Positions 25,878-35,042 of a DNA stretch of 64,000 nucleotides are shown piece after piece (position 1 is the first letter of the stretch; each line of letters opens with the position of its first letter). The notes beneath the pieces were generated by a model that saw only the letters and a list, made by a program, of their open reading frames with translations, made no database searches and was not told the origin of the DNA. Source of the DNA: an uncultured Gammaproteobacteria bacterium (GTDB taxonomy: Bacteria; Pseudomonadota; Gammaproteobacteria; Steroidobacterales; Woeseiaceae); the NCBI GenBank assembly GCA_937899415.1, contig CALBPI010000069.1:4280-68279 (forward strand). The letters are read 5' to 3'. A program made the translations under genes and the position numbers.

Positions 25878-28685
25878 TCAGTCGCCCCCGCCCGTGCCTG
25901 CCACCGCGGCATGCCAATCGGCCATGATGCCGGTCCGGGTGGCGCTGGCCAAAACGCGGACCGCGTCGGCGCGGTCGCGATCGCCGCGCTGTTCGATGGC
26001 ATCGGCCAGCAGCAGCCGTCGATCGACGTTGTCGAGGTGATCGGGGCCGATCGAGCCCTCGGTCATGGCAATCGCGCGCTCAAGTAACTCGATGGCCGCA
26101 TCGCTATCGCCTTCGGCCAGCGCAACCCGCGCGATGCCCGTCAGCGACTGGGCTGCGGTCGGGTGTTCGCTGTCGCCGTTCTTTTCGAGCACCTCGAGGG
26201 CCTGCTCGAAGGCGCCGCGTGCCTCCTTGATTCGTCCCTGGCGGAAGAAGACATCGGCGAGATCGATCCGCGCGAGCTGCGTGAAGGTGTGCTCAACACC
26301 GATCGTGTTTTCGCGGATGGTGAGCCCCTGCTGCATGAGGTCCGCTGCCGTGTCGAGGTCGCCCCGATTGCGCGCCACCTTGCCGAGGCCGACCAGCGTG
26401 ACGCTGCGGTCGAAATGACCGGCCGGCTTCCCGTTGGTCTCGTAGATCGCCATCGCACGCTGCAGCGCCGCGTCGGCGAGGTCGGTGGCCCCGATATTGG
26501 CCAGCATGTCCCCGTGGCCGTTGAGCCAGTAGGCGACCTTGTCGTGGTTTTCACCCGTACGCTCGACCTGCAGATCGACGAGCTCGACGAAGCGGCGGTG
26601 CGACTCACCAAAGTCACCGAGCTTGCCCGTTGTGTGCGCGAGCCCGTACAGGGCCAGCAGCAGGCCTGCCGCCTTCCCTTCACTGCCGCGATTCCAGAGA
26701 TCGACGGCCTCGCGGTAGTGCGCCACGGCCTCGCGGTAATTGCCAAGATCGGTGTGCGCGACGCCAATGGTCTGAAGCCTGGGTGCGCGGCGCATGTCGT
26801 CGACGCCGTAGTTCTGCGTCGTCAGCTCCAGGATACGCATTTTGGTCTCGAGCGCCTTACGAGCTTGCCCCGTGATCTGGTAGTAAGTGGCGAGGCTGGT
26901 CATCGGGCAAATGAGCCGAAGATCATCAGGCGGCAGCGCCGCCTCGTAGATTTCGAGGGCCGCCGATGCCTGTTCAAAGGTCGTGTCGTAGTCACCATTG
27001 CGGTAACTGAGGTACGCCGCGTCGCACATGATTCGGGCAGCGGTCAGCGACCGCGCGCCGAACGCCGGTTCCGCGATGGCACGCGCGTCCTCGAGCACCG
27101 CAAGCCCGTCAGCGTAGCGACCCTGCACGAGCCGTGTATTGGCCAGCGTGAGACGCGCATTGACCTGATCTTCGGGCGAACCGAGCGCGTCGTAGAGGGA
27201 TACCGATTCCGTGATCAATTGTTCCGCGCGATCGCTCTCGCCCACGTAGTTGAACACCACGGCGATCGTGCCGAGCAGCCGCGCCCGCACCTGGGGGCTC
27301 AGCGAGGTATCGCTGGCGACCCTCTCCGCACCCACATCGACGAGCTCGGCAACGGTGAGCTTTTCGCGGCTGCGTCGCAAGGGGTTGGCGTCAACGAACA
27401 GCTCGGTCAGGAAGTCCGCCGTCTGTTGTGCGACAGCGCGTTCGGTTTCCAGGCGCGCCGTGTAGAACGTCGTCAACCCGACCGCCGACGCTATGAGCAG
27501 GCTCGTGAGGGTGACGGGTACCCGGTGGCGTGCGACGAACTTCTTCGCCCGGTAGGCCAGCGTGTCGCGGCGCGCGCTAATCGGCAGCTGCTTGAGGTAA
27601 CGCCCGAGGTCATCGGCCAATGCGTTGACCGTGGCGTAGCGGCGCTCGGGTTCCTTGCGAAGCGCCTTGAGCAGGATCGTGTCGAGGTCGCCGCGCAGTG
27701 CGCGCCGCTGCCGCTGCGCCCATGCGCCCGAAGCGTCGCCGTCGGCGCGCGTTACCGCGCTGCTGGGCGGTTCGGCCGGCGACGACAGGATCGCGTTCTC
27801 GACGTCGCGCGGATGATCGCTGGTCGGCGTGTAGGGCAGTCTTCCCGTCAGCAACCGATACAGCAGCAGACCGACGCCGTAGACATCAGCAGCTGTGCTG
27901 ACTGGCTGGCTGCCCAGTTGCTCGGGGCTCGCGTAGAGCGGCGTCACGGCCCGCCATTCAGGGCGCGTCTGCTGACCGTCACTGCCATCGCGCTCCAGCA
28001 ACTTGGCGATGCCGAAGTCGAGCAAGCGCGGCGCGCCGTTGGCATCGACGAGGATGTTGCTGGGCTTGATGTCGCGGTGGATGACGAGCTGGTTGTGCGC
28101 GTACTGGATCGCACCGCAGACGTCGACGACGAGCCGGATGATGCTCGCGTTGTCGAGCTTGTGGCGTGCGCAGTAGTCGGCGATGTTCTCGCCCTCGACG
28201 TACTCCATGACGATGTAGGGCAGGCCGTCGTCGGTCATGCCACCGTCGATGAGGCTTGCGATGTTGGGGTGGCGCAGCGTGGCGAGAATGCGCCGCTCGG
28301 CAATGAAGCGTGCCGTGGCGACGTCATCGAGCTGGTGGCTGTGCATGATCTTGACGGCCACGCGCTGCTCGAAGTCGGCGCCTTCTCGCATGCCTGCATA
28401 GACGACGCCCATGCCGCCCTCAGCGATCCGCTCCGTAATGCGGTAGGTACCGATCGAGGCGCCGATCAGCGCATCGGTCGCACGTGCCGATGCGCTGGCG
28501 ATCGACGCACGCAGGTCACCGGTCTTCTCGAGGTCGTACTCGAGGAGCTCGAGTAGTTCGGCTTTCAGCGCAGCATCGTCACCGCAGGCTTCGGCCACCC
28601 AGGCTGCCCGCTCGGCCGCCGGTTGCTCGAGCGCCCGGGCGAGCAGGTCGTTGAGTTGTCGCCAGCGCTTCTCGTCGGTGGTCAT
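25878..28685 (-). CDS. Ser/Thr protein kinase with one TM helix and a C-terminal TPR array
   Basis: Hanks kinase motifs are GEGGMGVVY, VAVKI, HRDIKPSNILV, DFGIAK and SPEQ. The TM helix is VTLTSLLIASAVGLTTFY, followed by ~450 aa of TPR-like repeats. I chose the start MTTDEKRWRQLNDLL at 28685. The track ORF extends to 28772. Confidence 0.9.
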   Translation of the reverse strand: MTTDEKRWRQLNDLLARALEQPAAERAAWVAEACGDDAALKAELLELLEYDLEKTGDLRASIASASARATDALIGASIGTYRITERIAEGGMGVVYAGMREGADFEQRVAVKIMHSHQLDDVATARFIAERRILATLRHPNIASLIDGGMTDDGLPYIVMEYVEGENIADYCARHKLDNASIIRLVVDVCGAIQYAHNQLVIHRDIKPSNILVDANGAPRLLDFGIAKLLERDGSDGQQTRPEWRAVTPLYASPEQLGSQPVSTAADVYGVGLLLYRLLTGRLPYTPTSDHPRDVENAILSSPAEPPSSAVTRADGDASGAWAQRQRRALRGDLDTILLKALRKEPERRYATVNALADDLGRYLKQLPISARRDTLAYRAKKFVARHRVPVTLTSLLIASAVGLTTFYTARLETERAVAQQTADFLTELFVDANPLRRSREKLTVAELVDVGAERVASDTSLSPQVRARLLGTIAVVFNYVGESDRAEQLITESVSLYDALGSPEDQVNARLTLANTRLVQGRYADGLAVLEDARAIAEPAFGARSLTAARIMCDAAYLSYRNGDYDTTFEQASAALEIYEAALPPDDLRLICPMTSLATYYQITGQARKALETKMRILELTTQNYGVDDMRRAPRLQTIGVAHTDLGNYREAVAHYREAVDLWNRGSEGKAAGLLLALYGLAHTTGKLGDFGESHRRFVELVDLQVERTGENHDKVAYWLNGHGDMLANIGATDLADAALQRAMAIYETNGKPAGHFDRSVTLVGLGKVARNRGDLDTAADLMQQGLTIRENTIGVEHTFTQLARIDLADVFFRQGRIKEARGAFEQALEVLEKNGDSEHPTAAQSLTGIARVALAEGDSDAAIELLERAIAMTEGSIGPDHLDNVDRRLLLADAIEQRGDRDRADAVRVLASATRTGIMADWHAAVAGTGGGD

Positions 28686-28795
28686 TCCAAGGCCCTGTTC
28701 CGTTGTTCTTCTATCGGGCGGGCACCCGGCCCTATCCTGCCCGAAAGGCCGGCCCGTTTCCGGGCCGGCCACGCGTTACCGCATAGACACAAGTG

Positions 28796-30814
28796 CTACG
28801 GCAGGTTGGTCTCCATGGCCGTTCCCGTGCCCGTCGACGGGGCCCCGTCGGCACCCGCCGCACCCAGCGTGAACGTGTTACCGGACTGGGTGATCGCGAT
28901 CCCGTCTGCAGTGTCCGCATCGAAGATGCCCACGCTCCAGCCGCCTTCTCCAGCCGTTGCCAGCTCGTTGCTGTCGCGCGCGGCGGCACCCGTGCCACCG
29001 TTCCCCGTCGTGATCGTGTTGCCCGTCACCGTGCCGCCCGCGTCACCGCCGAAGAAGATGCCGAAGGCGGGACCACCACCCCCGCCGCCACCAAATCCGC
29101 CGGGTCCACCGTTACCACCGGCACCGCCGTCGCCACCGCGACCGCCGTCGTTGCTGCCGAGGCCGTTGGTACCGGCGACGCCCAGGCCGCCCGCACCACC
29201 GAAGCCTCCCGCAGCACCGGCACTACCGCGACCACCCGTCGCGCCATTGCCCGTGGTGATGTCGTTGCCCGCGACCTCGCTTGAGGTGACGCGCGCCAGA
29301 TGTATGCCAATCGAGGCACCACCCTGCCGACCGCCGAAGCCCCCCGCGCCGCCGTCGCCACCTTCGCCACCACCGCCGCCGGCACCGCCGTTGACACCTG
29401 CGGCACCGGCGCCACCGCCGCCGCCACCACCGCCGCCGCCGCCGGACCAGCCATCGCTGCCAAGGCTAGCTATCGACTGCGCATATTCGCCTTGCGAAGA
29501 CAGCGAACCGCGACCAATGCCGCCGCTGCCGCCCGGCCCGCGGGGACCATCATCGCCACGCCCACCGGGACCGGCGTCTCGGCCCTGCGAGTCCAAGCCC
29601 AGGAAGCCAGGCGATCCGCCATTAACGACGACCGGGCTCGTGCGTCCAGCACCGCGACCGCCGTTTTCGCCGGGTTCGAACGACGTCGTACCCGCGTCGC
29701 CACCCCGGCCGCCGTTCCAGCCACCGCCCGTTGAGGCGCCCCGAGTACCGCCCGTCTGGTTGTCGCCCACACTGGCATTTCCGCCGGGTACACCGTCGCG
29801 ACCGACACCCGTAGCACGACCGCTGAGGTCTGTTGCGGGGGAACCGTCGCCAAGCGTCATCGCGTTGTCGCGAACGGAAGCGGTCGGCAGGTTCGTCAGG
29901 TAGACACCAACCACAGGCGCGCCGGACGATGAATTGGAACGCGCAGCAACGCTGTCGACCACGATGCTGTTGTCCGCGACCGTGTAACTGCCGGCGCCCG
30001 ATCCCAGTCCGAGCACACCCAACAGGCTGCCCGTGACCGTGCCGCCGTCGACGGCCTGCACATCGATTTCCAGACCCGACACGACTGTCGGCGCTGCGAC
30101 GTTGACGTGATAGACGCCGACTTTGACGGAATCAATGGGTGTTTTGTTGAGCTCGGGGTCGCGCACCCAGTCGGCACCATAGCCGCCGTAGACGCTCTGG
30201 CCGCCGACAAGTGATTGCGGCGTCTCATTGTCTGCATTGAGCCTGTAGCGCTCGCCCGATGCCGGCGTGCGGATGTAGAAGTCCGAATCGTTCGGCGCGT
30301 TCACGAAGGTCGACCGCAGCTCCGTAAACGGGTTGTCGATCGAGCCGTCGGGGGTTCCCGTGGCGTCCTTGTCGATGAACACGGCCGTGTTGATGTCCTC
30401 GACGATGATCACGTAGACCGTCTCGCTGTCGGACTGACCGTTGGCCGTCGCCGTCACTGTGAACTGCAGTGTGTCGACGTCCGGGTAGGCCGTGAAATTG
30501 GCCGTCGACGAGTCGAAGCCCGTGGTGTTGGCCACAGCGGCGCCGCTGTCCTGGCGCCAGCTGAAGCTGATCGAGTCGCCATCGGGGTCCGTCGCAGACG
30601 CGCTCAGCGATACTGGGTCGCCCGCGCTGACGACGATCTGGTTGGTCGTCGACACGCTGGGCGGGCTGCCCGCTGCAGGTGGCGGTGCGCTGCCCCCGCC
30701 GCCACCGCCGCCACAAGCAGCGATTACGGCAGCGCCAAGCGCCGTCAGGGCGGGTCGCAGGATGCGCAGTGTCTGGGTGCCCGCCGGCGGCAGGCTCGGT
30801 GTTGTTGTGCTCAT
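28796..30814 (-). CDS. Glycine-rich (PGRS-like) lipoprotein with a PKD-like domain and a parallel beta-helix-like region
   Basis: I chose the start MSTTTPSL...AVIAACGGGGGGGS (lipobox) at 30814, with a GGGAGG RBS. A PKD-like segment follows (VSAGDPVSLSASATDPDGDSISFSW). Beta-helix-like rungs (VAGNDITTGNGATGG, VTGNTITTGNGGTG) are interleaved with long GGxGG runs. Confidence 0.8.
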   Translation of the reverse strand: MSTTTPSLPPAGTQTLRILRPALTALGAAVIAACGGGGGGGSAPPPAAGSPPSVSTTNQIVVSAGDPVSLSASATDPDGDSISFSWRQDSGAAVANTTGFDSSTANFTAYPDVDTLQFTVTATANGQSDSETVYVIIVEDINTAVFIDKDATGTPDGSIDNPFTELRSTFVNAPNDSDFYIRTPASGERYRLNADNETPQSLVGGQSVYGGYGADWVRDPELNKTPIDSVKVGVYHVNVAAPTVVSGLEIDVQAVDGGTVTGSLLGVLGLGSGAGSYTVADNSIVVDSVAARSNSSSGAPVVGVYLTNLPTASVRDNAMTLGDGSPATDLSGRATGVGRDGVPGGNASVGDNQTGGTRGASTGGGWNGGRGGDAGTTSFEPGENGGRGAGRTSPVVVNGGSPGFLGLDSQGRDAGPGGRGDDGPRGPGGSGGIGRGSLSSQGEYAQSIASLGSDGWSGGGGGGGGGGGAGAAGVNGGAGGGGGEGGDGGAGGFGGRQGGASIGIHLARVTSSEVAGNDITTGNGATGGRGSAGAAGGFGGAGGLGVAGTNGLGSNDGGRGGDGGAGGNGGPGGFGGGGGGGPAFGIFFGGDAGGTVTGNTITTGNGGTGAAARDSNELATAGEGGWSVGIFDADTADGIAITQSGNTFTLGAAGADGAPSTGTGTAMETNLP
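29035..29460. repeat. GGN/GCC-rich low-complexity coding repeats (poly-Gly tracts)
   Basis: Runs such as ggcgccaccgccgccgccaccaccgccgccgccgcc encode GGGGGGGGGGGAGAAG and GGPGGFGGGGGGG on the minus strand. On the plus strand they create an artefactual Pro-rich ORF. Confidence 0.8.
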
Positions 30815-30970
30815 GATGGCCTCCCAATGTGTGTGCCTCACCTCGGGAAGCAGCAACGGTCCGGAAAACCGGTCACGGACGTCACCGCCGGGCCGCAATC
30901 ACATCGAATGTGGCGACCATTTGCGGCACACTGCGCGCTCGTGCGTCACGCATTGCACTGGAAGACCCCC

Positions 30971-31333
30971 ATGCCTATCGTCACCATTCTCGTCGCTGTA
31001 TTGCTCATCGCACTGGGCATTGGCTCCTGGATCGAAGCCGGTCAGACCAGCGTCACCGCATTGATTCCGGCCTTCTTTGGGGCACCCTTGCTGATTGCGG
31101 GGCTGCTCGCGCTTAAACCCAAGCTGCGCAAGCACGCGATGCATGCCGCTGCGGCCGTCGCGCTGCTGGGGGCACTGGGATCACTGAGCCGAGCAGTTCC
31201 GGGGCTGATGTCCGACGGCCCCCTGCGGCTGGCCACCACAGTCCAGCTCATCATGGGCGTCGTGCTGGTAATTTTTATCGTGCTGTGTGTGCGCTCGTTT
31301 ATTGCGGCACGAAAGTCCGGCGCGCTCGACTGA
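30971..31333 (+). CDS. Small integral membrane protein (~120 aa, 4 predicted TM helices)
   Basis: MPIVTILVAVLLIALGIGSWI..., with four hydrophobic helices. Only the 3' third of track ORF 30215..31333 is free of overlap with the glycine-rich gene. The RBS is weak. Confidence 0.55.
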   Translation: MPIVTILVAVLLIALGIGSWIEAGQTSVTALIPAFFGAPLLIAGLLALKPKLRKHAMHAAAAVALLGALGSLSRAVPGLMSDGPLRLATTVQLIMGVVLVIFIVLCVRSFIAARKSGALD

Positions 31334-31387
31334 CCGCCGGCTGATTTCCGAGTCCCGCTGCCGCGCGATGTGGGTGCGCGCTGCGCG

Positions 31388-31768
31388 TCAGTCGCGGCTG
31401 CGCCAGCCGTGCCAGGCGAACGCCAACCACGCGCTGATAAACACGACGCCACCCAGCGGCGTGATCGCACCCAGCACAGTGATGCCTGACAACGCCAGCG
31501 CGTAAAGGCTGCCTGAAAACAGGATGACCCCAGTCAGCATCAGCCACCCGGCCAGCGACAGGGCGCGCGAGGCGGGTGTCCGTTGGCTGACCACGCCGAC
31601 GAGCCCAAGGCCCAACGCGTGATACATGTGGTACTGCGCGCCGGTCTTGAAGGCATCAAGCAGGTTCGGTGGCAGCGTGTCCTCGAGACCATGAGCAGCG
31701 AACGCGCCCGCGACGATCGCCAAGGCTGCATTGAGACCGCCGAGTGTCAGGAGCGTGGCTGGCTTCAT
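31388..31768 (-). CDS. DUF423 (YgdD/TMEM256-family) membrane protein
   Basis: AGAFAAHGL, YHMYHALGL and the ~125-aa, four-TM layout are typical of DUF423. Confidence 0.85.
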   Translation of the reverse strand: MKPATLLTLGGLNAALAIVAGAFAAHGLEDTLPPNLLDAFKTGAQYHMYHALGLGLVGVVSQRTPASRALSLAGWLMLTGVILFSGSLYALALSGITVLGAITPLGGVVFISAWLAFAWHGWRSRD

Positions 31769-31786
31769 ATTCTTGCTGACCTCCGG

Positions 31787-32833
31787 TCAGGCTGCGGTAA
31801 CCCAGGGCCGTTGTTCGGCCATACCCATCGACACGAGCAGCGGCGCTTCCCGCTGCAGCGCCTGGAAGGTCGCCTTGCTCGTCATGCCCCGCCACTGGCA
31901 GCGAATCAGCGACTGTGCGACGGCCCCGCCCAGTGTGGCACCCGGGCCCGTGACGATGAACAGGTCGGGCGCGAACTCGACCGCCGCCGCACGGATCGCC
32001 GCAGAGAAATCATAAGCCTCGGTGACCTGATGTCCCAGCGTGTAATCCCGCAGTGCATCGGGATCACTGGCCTGCGGCCACCAGACGTGCCCGCGACCGT
32101 CGATCATGGGTCGTTCCGGTTGTCCGAAATCGAGCGCCGCGAGCGCTTCCTGACCTGCTTCGGCGACCGGTTGTTGCAGCGCCGTGTGAAAAGCAGCGTG
32201 ATTGGGCAAACGCATCGGGAAGCGATCCTGCACCTTGGGCTGTGTCGCTTCGAACCGCGCCAGTCCCGCCTCATTGCCCGCCAGCACCAGCATGCCGCCC
32301 AGTTCGATGGAGCGCGCCAGCACACAATCCGCTTCCGCATCGATCTCAGCCACCGCCTGCAGCAGCGCCGCGCGCTGCTCTGGTGCGTTCTGCCAGTCGC
32401 CCTCCATGAACGGGTAGATGAGTTGCCCGCCGATGAGGTGTTGCTGCATGAGCCCGCCCATCGTGTTCACAACACGAAACCCGTCGACGGGCGACAGCGC
32501 GCCCGCAACGGCCAGCGCGATGTACCAACCCATGGAGTTGCCCGTCACGGCAACGACTTCGATGTCATCGGCGAGCGCCGCGGCGTCCGCGAACGACGCG
32601 GCGTAAATGAGCGGCGATGCCACATCGCCACGCGTATAGGTGGCCAGAGAAAAGCGCTCTGCAGCATCGAGCTCGACGACACCTTTGGCATCCTCTTCGG
32701 CGCATACGGCATCAAACGCCGAGAACAATGCCATCCGGTCCGCATGATGGCGTTTGAGATAGCCGAGCTCTTCCTTGCCGTAGGTGCCGCGCCCAGGACA
32801 AATGACGACGGCCGTACGCGTCACCGTTGCCAC
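31787..32833 (-). CDS. FabD-like acyltransferase (malonyl-CoA:ACP transacylase superfamily)
   Basis: VVICPGRGTYGKEELGYL and the nucleophile elbow GNSMGWYIALAVAG are present. The start is uncertain (GTG at 32833 or 32824). The track ORF start at 32941 would overlap the upstream gene. Confidence 0.7.
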   Translation of the reverse strand: MATVTRTAVVICPGRGTYGKEELGYLKRHHADRMALFSAFDAVCAEEDAKGVVELDAAERFSLATYTRGDVASPLIYAASFADAAALADDIEVVAVTGNSMGWYIALAVAGALSPVDGFRVVNTMGGLMQQHLIGGQLIYPFMEGDWQNAPEQRAALLQAVAEIDAEADCVLARSIELGGMLVLAGNEAGLARFEATQPKVQDRFPMRLPNHAAFHTALQQPVAEAGQEALAALDFGQPERPMIDGRGHVWWPQASDPDALRDYTLGHQVTEAYDFSAAIRAAAVEFAPDLFIVTGPGATLGGAVAQSLIRCQWRGMTSKATFQALQREAPLLVSMGMAEQRPWVTAA

Positions 32834-32846
32834 CCCATGCGCACCG

Positions 32847-35042
32847 TCAACCCGCCTTGGCCGTCGAGCTGACCGCAGTCGCTGCGGCGACGATGTCTGC
32901 CACGCCCGGGAGGGTCGCGGCATACGCGGGGCCCGTGGCAATAAAGCTGTCGTCGGCCGTCACGCGCGACAGCGCGGTACGACTGTGCTCGACGAAGAAG
33001 GCCATGAGCGCTTCGGACTGACTGCCTGTGCGGCGGCATTCGTCGACAATCAGAATGTGGCTGCAGTCCGCCGTGTGCTCGAGCAACGCCACCTCGGGCA
33101 GCGGCGCGAGCCAGCGCATGTCGATCACACGCACCGCAATGCCCTGAGCTGCAAGCTGTGACTGCGCCTGCCGCGACAGGTAGGCGCCGTTGGCGTAGCT
33201 CACGATGGCGACGTCCTTGCCGTCACCGTGCACAGCCACCTCACCAAGACCTATCCGCTGCGACGGTTCGGGATAGACGCCCAGCCAGCCGCCGTCATCG
33301 GCGGCATCGAGATCGCGCATGCCATACAGCGCGATGGGCTCGATGAAGGCGACGACCCGTTGGGCCTCGCGCGCGAGCCGCACGCATTCGCGCAGCATCA
33401 TTGCAGCGTCGGGCCCGTTCGACGGACAGGCAATGACGAGCCCGGGAATATCGCGCAACACCGCCAGTGAATTGTCGTTGTGGAAATGGCCGCCGAAGCC
33501 GCGCTGGTAACCCAGACCCGCAATTCGAATCACCATGGGATTCGTGAACTGCCCGTTGGAAAAGAAGGGCAGTGTGGCCGCCTCGCCGCGCACCTGATCT
33601 TCGGCATTGTGCAGATAGGCCAGGAACTGGATTTCGGGCATCGGGACGAACCCGTTTTGCCCCAGACCGATGGCCAGACCCAGGATCGATTGTTCATCGA
33701 GCAGCGTGTCGATGACCCGGCCCGAGCCGAAGCGTTGGTAGAGCTTTTGGGTGACGCCGTACACCCCGCCTTTGCGTCCGATATCTTCGCCCATGAGCAC
33801 GATCTCCGGGTGCTCGAGCATGAGGTCGCTCAGCGCCAGATTGATGTGGCGCGACATGGGCTGCGGCGTCGCCAGCGAACGAACGTCGCTGCCGAGCATG
33901 GCCTCGCGCGCAGCTTTTGAGGGTGACGGCGCGGGCGAACACGCGCGAGTCGGGGGTATCAGGCTCGCTTTCACGTCTTTGGCCGAGGCCAATCGCGGTC
34001 GGGACACGGCCTCGCGTCGCAACCGCTCTAGGCGCTGCTCGGTCTCGTCGTAGATCGACAGTGCCTCTTGCGGCGTCAGCGCACCGGCGTCATGCAGCTG
34101 TCGCACGGTGTGCAGCAGCGGATCATTGGCTTCATCGGCTTCGACCTGGTCGCGTGGCAAATAGGACGTGACCACGTCGGCACCGGCGTGGCCGTAGAGC
34201 CGCACCACGCGCAGGTGCAGCACAGCCGCCTTGCGATGTTCGCGCACGTATTGCGCCACGGCCCGTGCTGCCGCCACGGTCTCGTAGAGATCGAGGCCGT
34301 TCGCCGAGAAATACTTGAGCCCGGGTCGATCGCGCAGCGACGACGCGACCCAGCCTGCCGGCGTGGTCGTCGAAATGCCGATACCGTTGTCCTCGCAGAC
34401 GAGCATGAGTGGCAGCGGTGAGGTCTGGATTCCTGCCCAGCCGATTGTGTTGATCGCGCCCTGCGCCGTCGAGTGATTGAGCGACGCATCGCCGAAGGTA
34501 CACACGGCGATGTCGTCAGGCGTGCACAGCGCGTGCTCGGGTGTGAAACGCCGCGTCGCGCCAATGGCGAAGGCAGCACCCACGGCCTTGGGCAGGTGAC
34601 TCGCGATGGTCGAGGTCTGCGGCGGAATCATGAGCGCGCGCGAGCCCAGCACTTTGTGCCGCCCGCCGCTAATTGGGTCGGCCGCCGAGCACGCGAATGA
34701 CAGCAGCATGTCCCAGGCCATGTGCTGACCCGGAACCTGGTCGCCGCGCGCGATCTGGAAGGCCGCATCGCGATAGTGCAGGAAGGCGATATCGCTGGGG
34801 CGCAACGCGTGCGCTACGCCGGCCATACCTTCATGCCCCGACGAGCCAATGGTGTAGAAACCTTCGCCGGCCTTCTGCATGGCCCGGCTGATGCGGTCGA
34901 GTTGTCGACTCAGCACCTGGGCGCGAAACAGGGAAACGGCTGCTTCGTCGCTGAGCGCGTCCGTTGGCGGCCCGCCCGCCGGCAAGTCCCCGCTCGCGGT
35001 CCGCCGGCGGAAGTTCTCGTGGACGATCTCAACGCGATCCAT
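32847..35042 (-). CDS. Fused alpha/beta E1 component of a TPP-dependent 2-oxoacid dehydrogenase
   Basis: An E1-alpha-like N-terminal half (GFYTIGSSGHEGMAG, CTFGDASLNHSTAQGA) is fused to an E1-beta/transketolase-like C-terminal half (VIDTLLDEQSILGLAIGLG, FLAYLHNAEDQ). I chose the start MDRVEIVHENF at 35042. Confidence 0.85.
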   Translation of the reverse strand: MDRVEIVHENFRRRTASGDLPAGGPPTDALSDEAAVSLFRAQVLSRQLDRISRAMQKAGEGFYTIGSSGHEGMAGVAHALRPSDIAFLHYRDAAFQIARGDQVPGQHMAWDMLLSFACSAADPISGGRHKVLGSRALMIPPQTSTIASHLPKAVGAAFAIGATRRFTPEHALCTPDDIAVCTFGDASLNHSTAQGAINTIGWAGIQTSPLPLMLVCEDNGIGISTTTPAGWVASSLRDRPGLKYFSANGLDLYETVAAARAVAQYVREHRKAAVLHLRVVRLYGHAGADVVTSYLPRDQVEADEANDPLLHTVRQLHDAGALTPQEALSIYDETEQRLERLRREAVSRPRLASAKDVKASLIPPTRACSPAPSPSKAAREAMLGSDVRSLATPQPMSRHINLALSDLMLEHPEIVLMGEDIGRKGGVYGVTQKLYQRFGSGRVIDTLLDEQSILGLAIGLGQNGFVPMPEIQFLAYLHNAEDQVRGEAATLPFFSNGQFTNPMVIRIAGLGYQRGFGGHFHNDNSLAVLRDIPGLVIACPSNGPDAAMMLRECVRLAREAQRVVAFIEPIALYGMRDLDAADDGGWLGVYPEPSQRIGLGEVAVHGDGKDVAIVSYANGAYLSRQAQSQLAAQGIAVRVIDMRWLAPLPEVALLEHTADCSHILIVDECRRTGSQSEALMAFFVEHSRTALSRVTADDSFIATGPAYAATLPGVADIVAAATAVSSTAKAG

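Noticed and set aside
26163-28556. A 797-aa plus-strand ORF antisense to the Ser/Thr kinase gene
   Set aside because: It is a shadow ORF. The minus strand carries the complete Hanks kinase and TPR motifs, and the plus-strand product is low-complexity and Arg-rich.
28623-29903. A 426-aa Pro-rich plus-strand ORF (PPPPPPNPPGPPLPPAPPSPP...)
   Set aside because: It is the mirror image of the GGN-rich glycine-rich lipoprotein gene on the minus strand. It has no RBS or signal logic. The minus-strand product has a lipobox, a PKD domain and beta-helix rungs. This is an antisense artefact of GC-rich repeats.
30215-30970. The 5' two-thirds of the 372-aa plus-strand ORF 30215..31333
   Set aside because: It overlaps the glycine-rich lipoprotein gene on the opposite strand and is Arg-rich nonsense. 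Only the terminal 120-aa four-TM segment, starting at the ATG at 30971, is plausible.
30815-30970. A candidate ECF-type promoter (GGAAC/CGTT-like) upstream of the glycine-rich lipoprotein gene
   Set aside because: On the minus strand there is ...CCGGTTTTCCGGACCGTTGCTGC... I cannot define a convincing -35/-10 pair with correct spacing, and I do not know the ECF43 consensus. It is not reportable as a feature without a comparison set.
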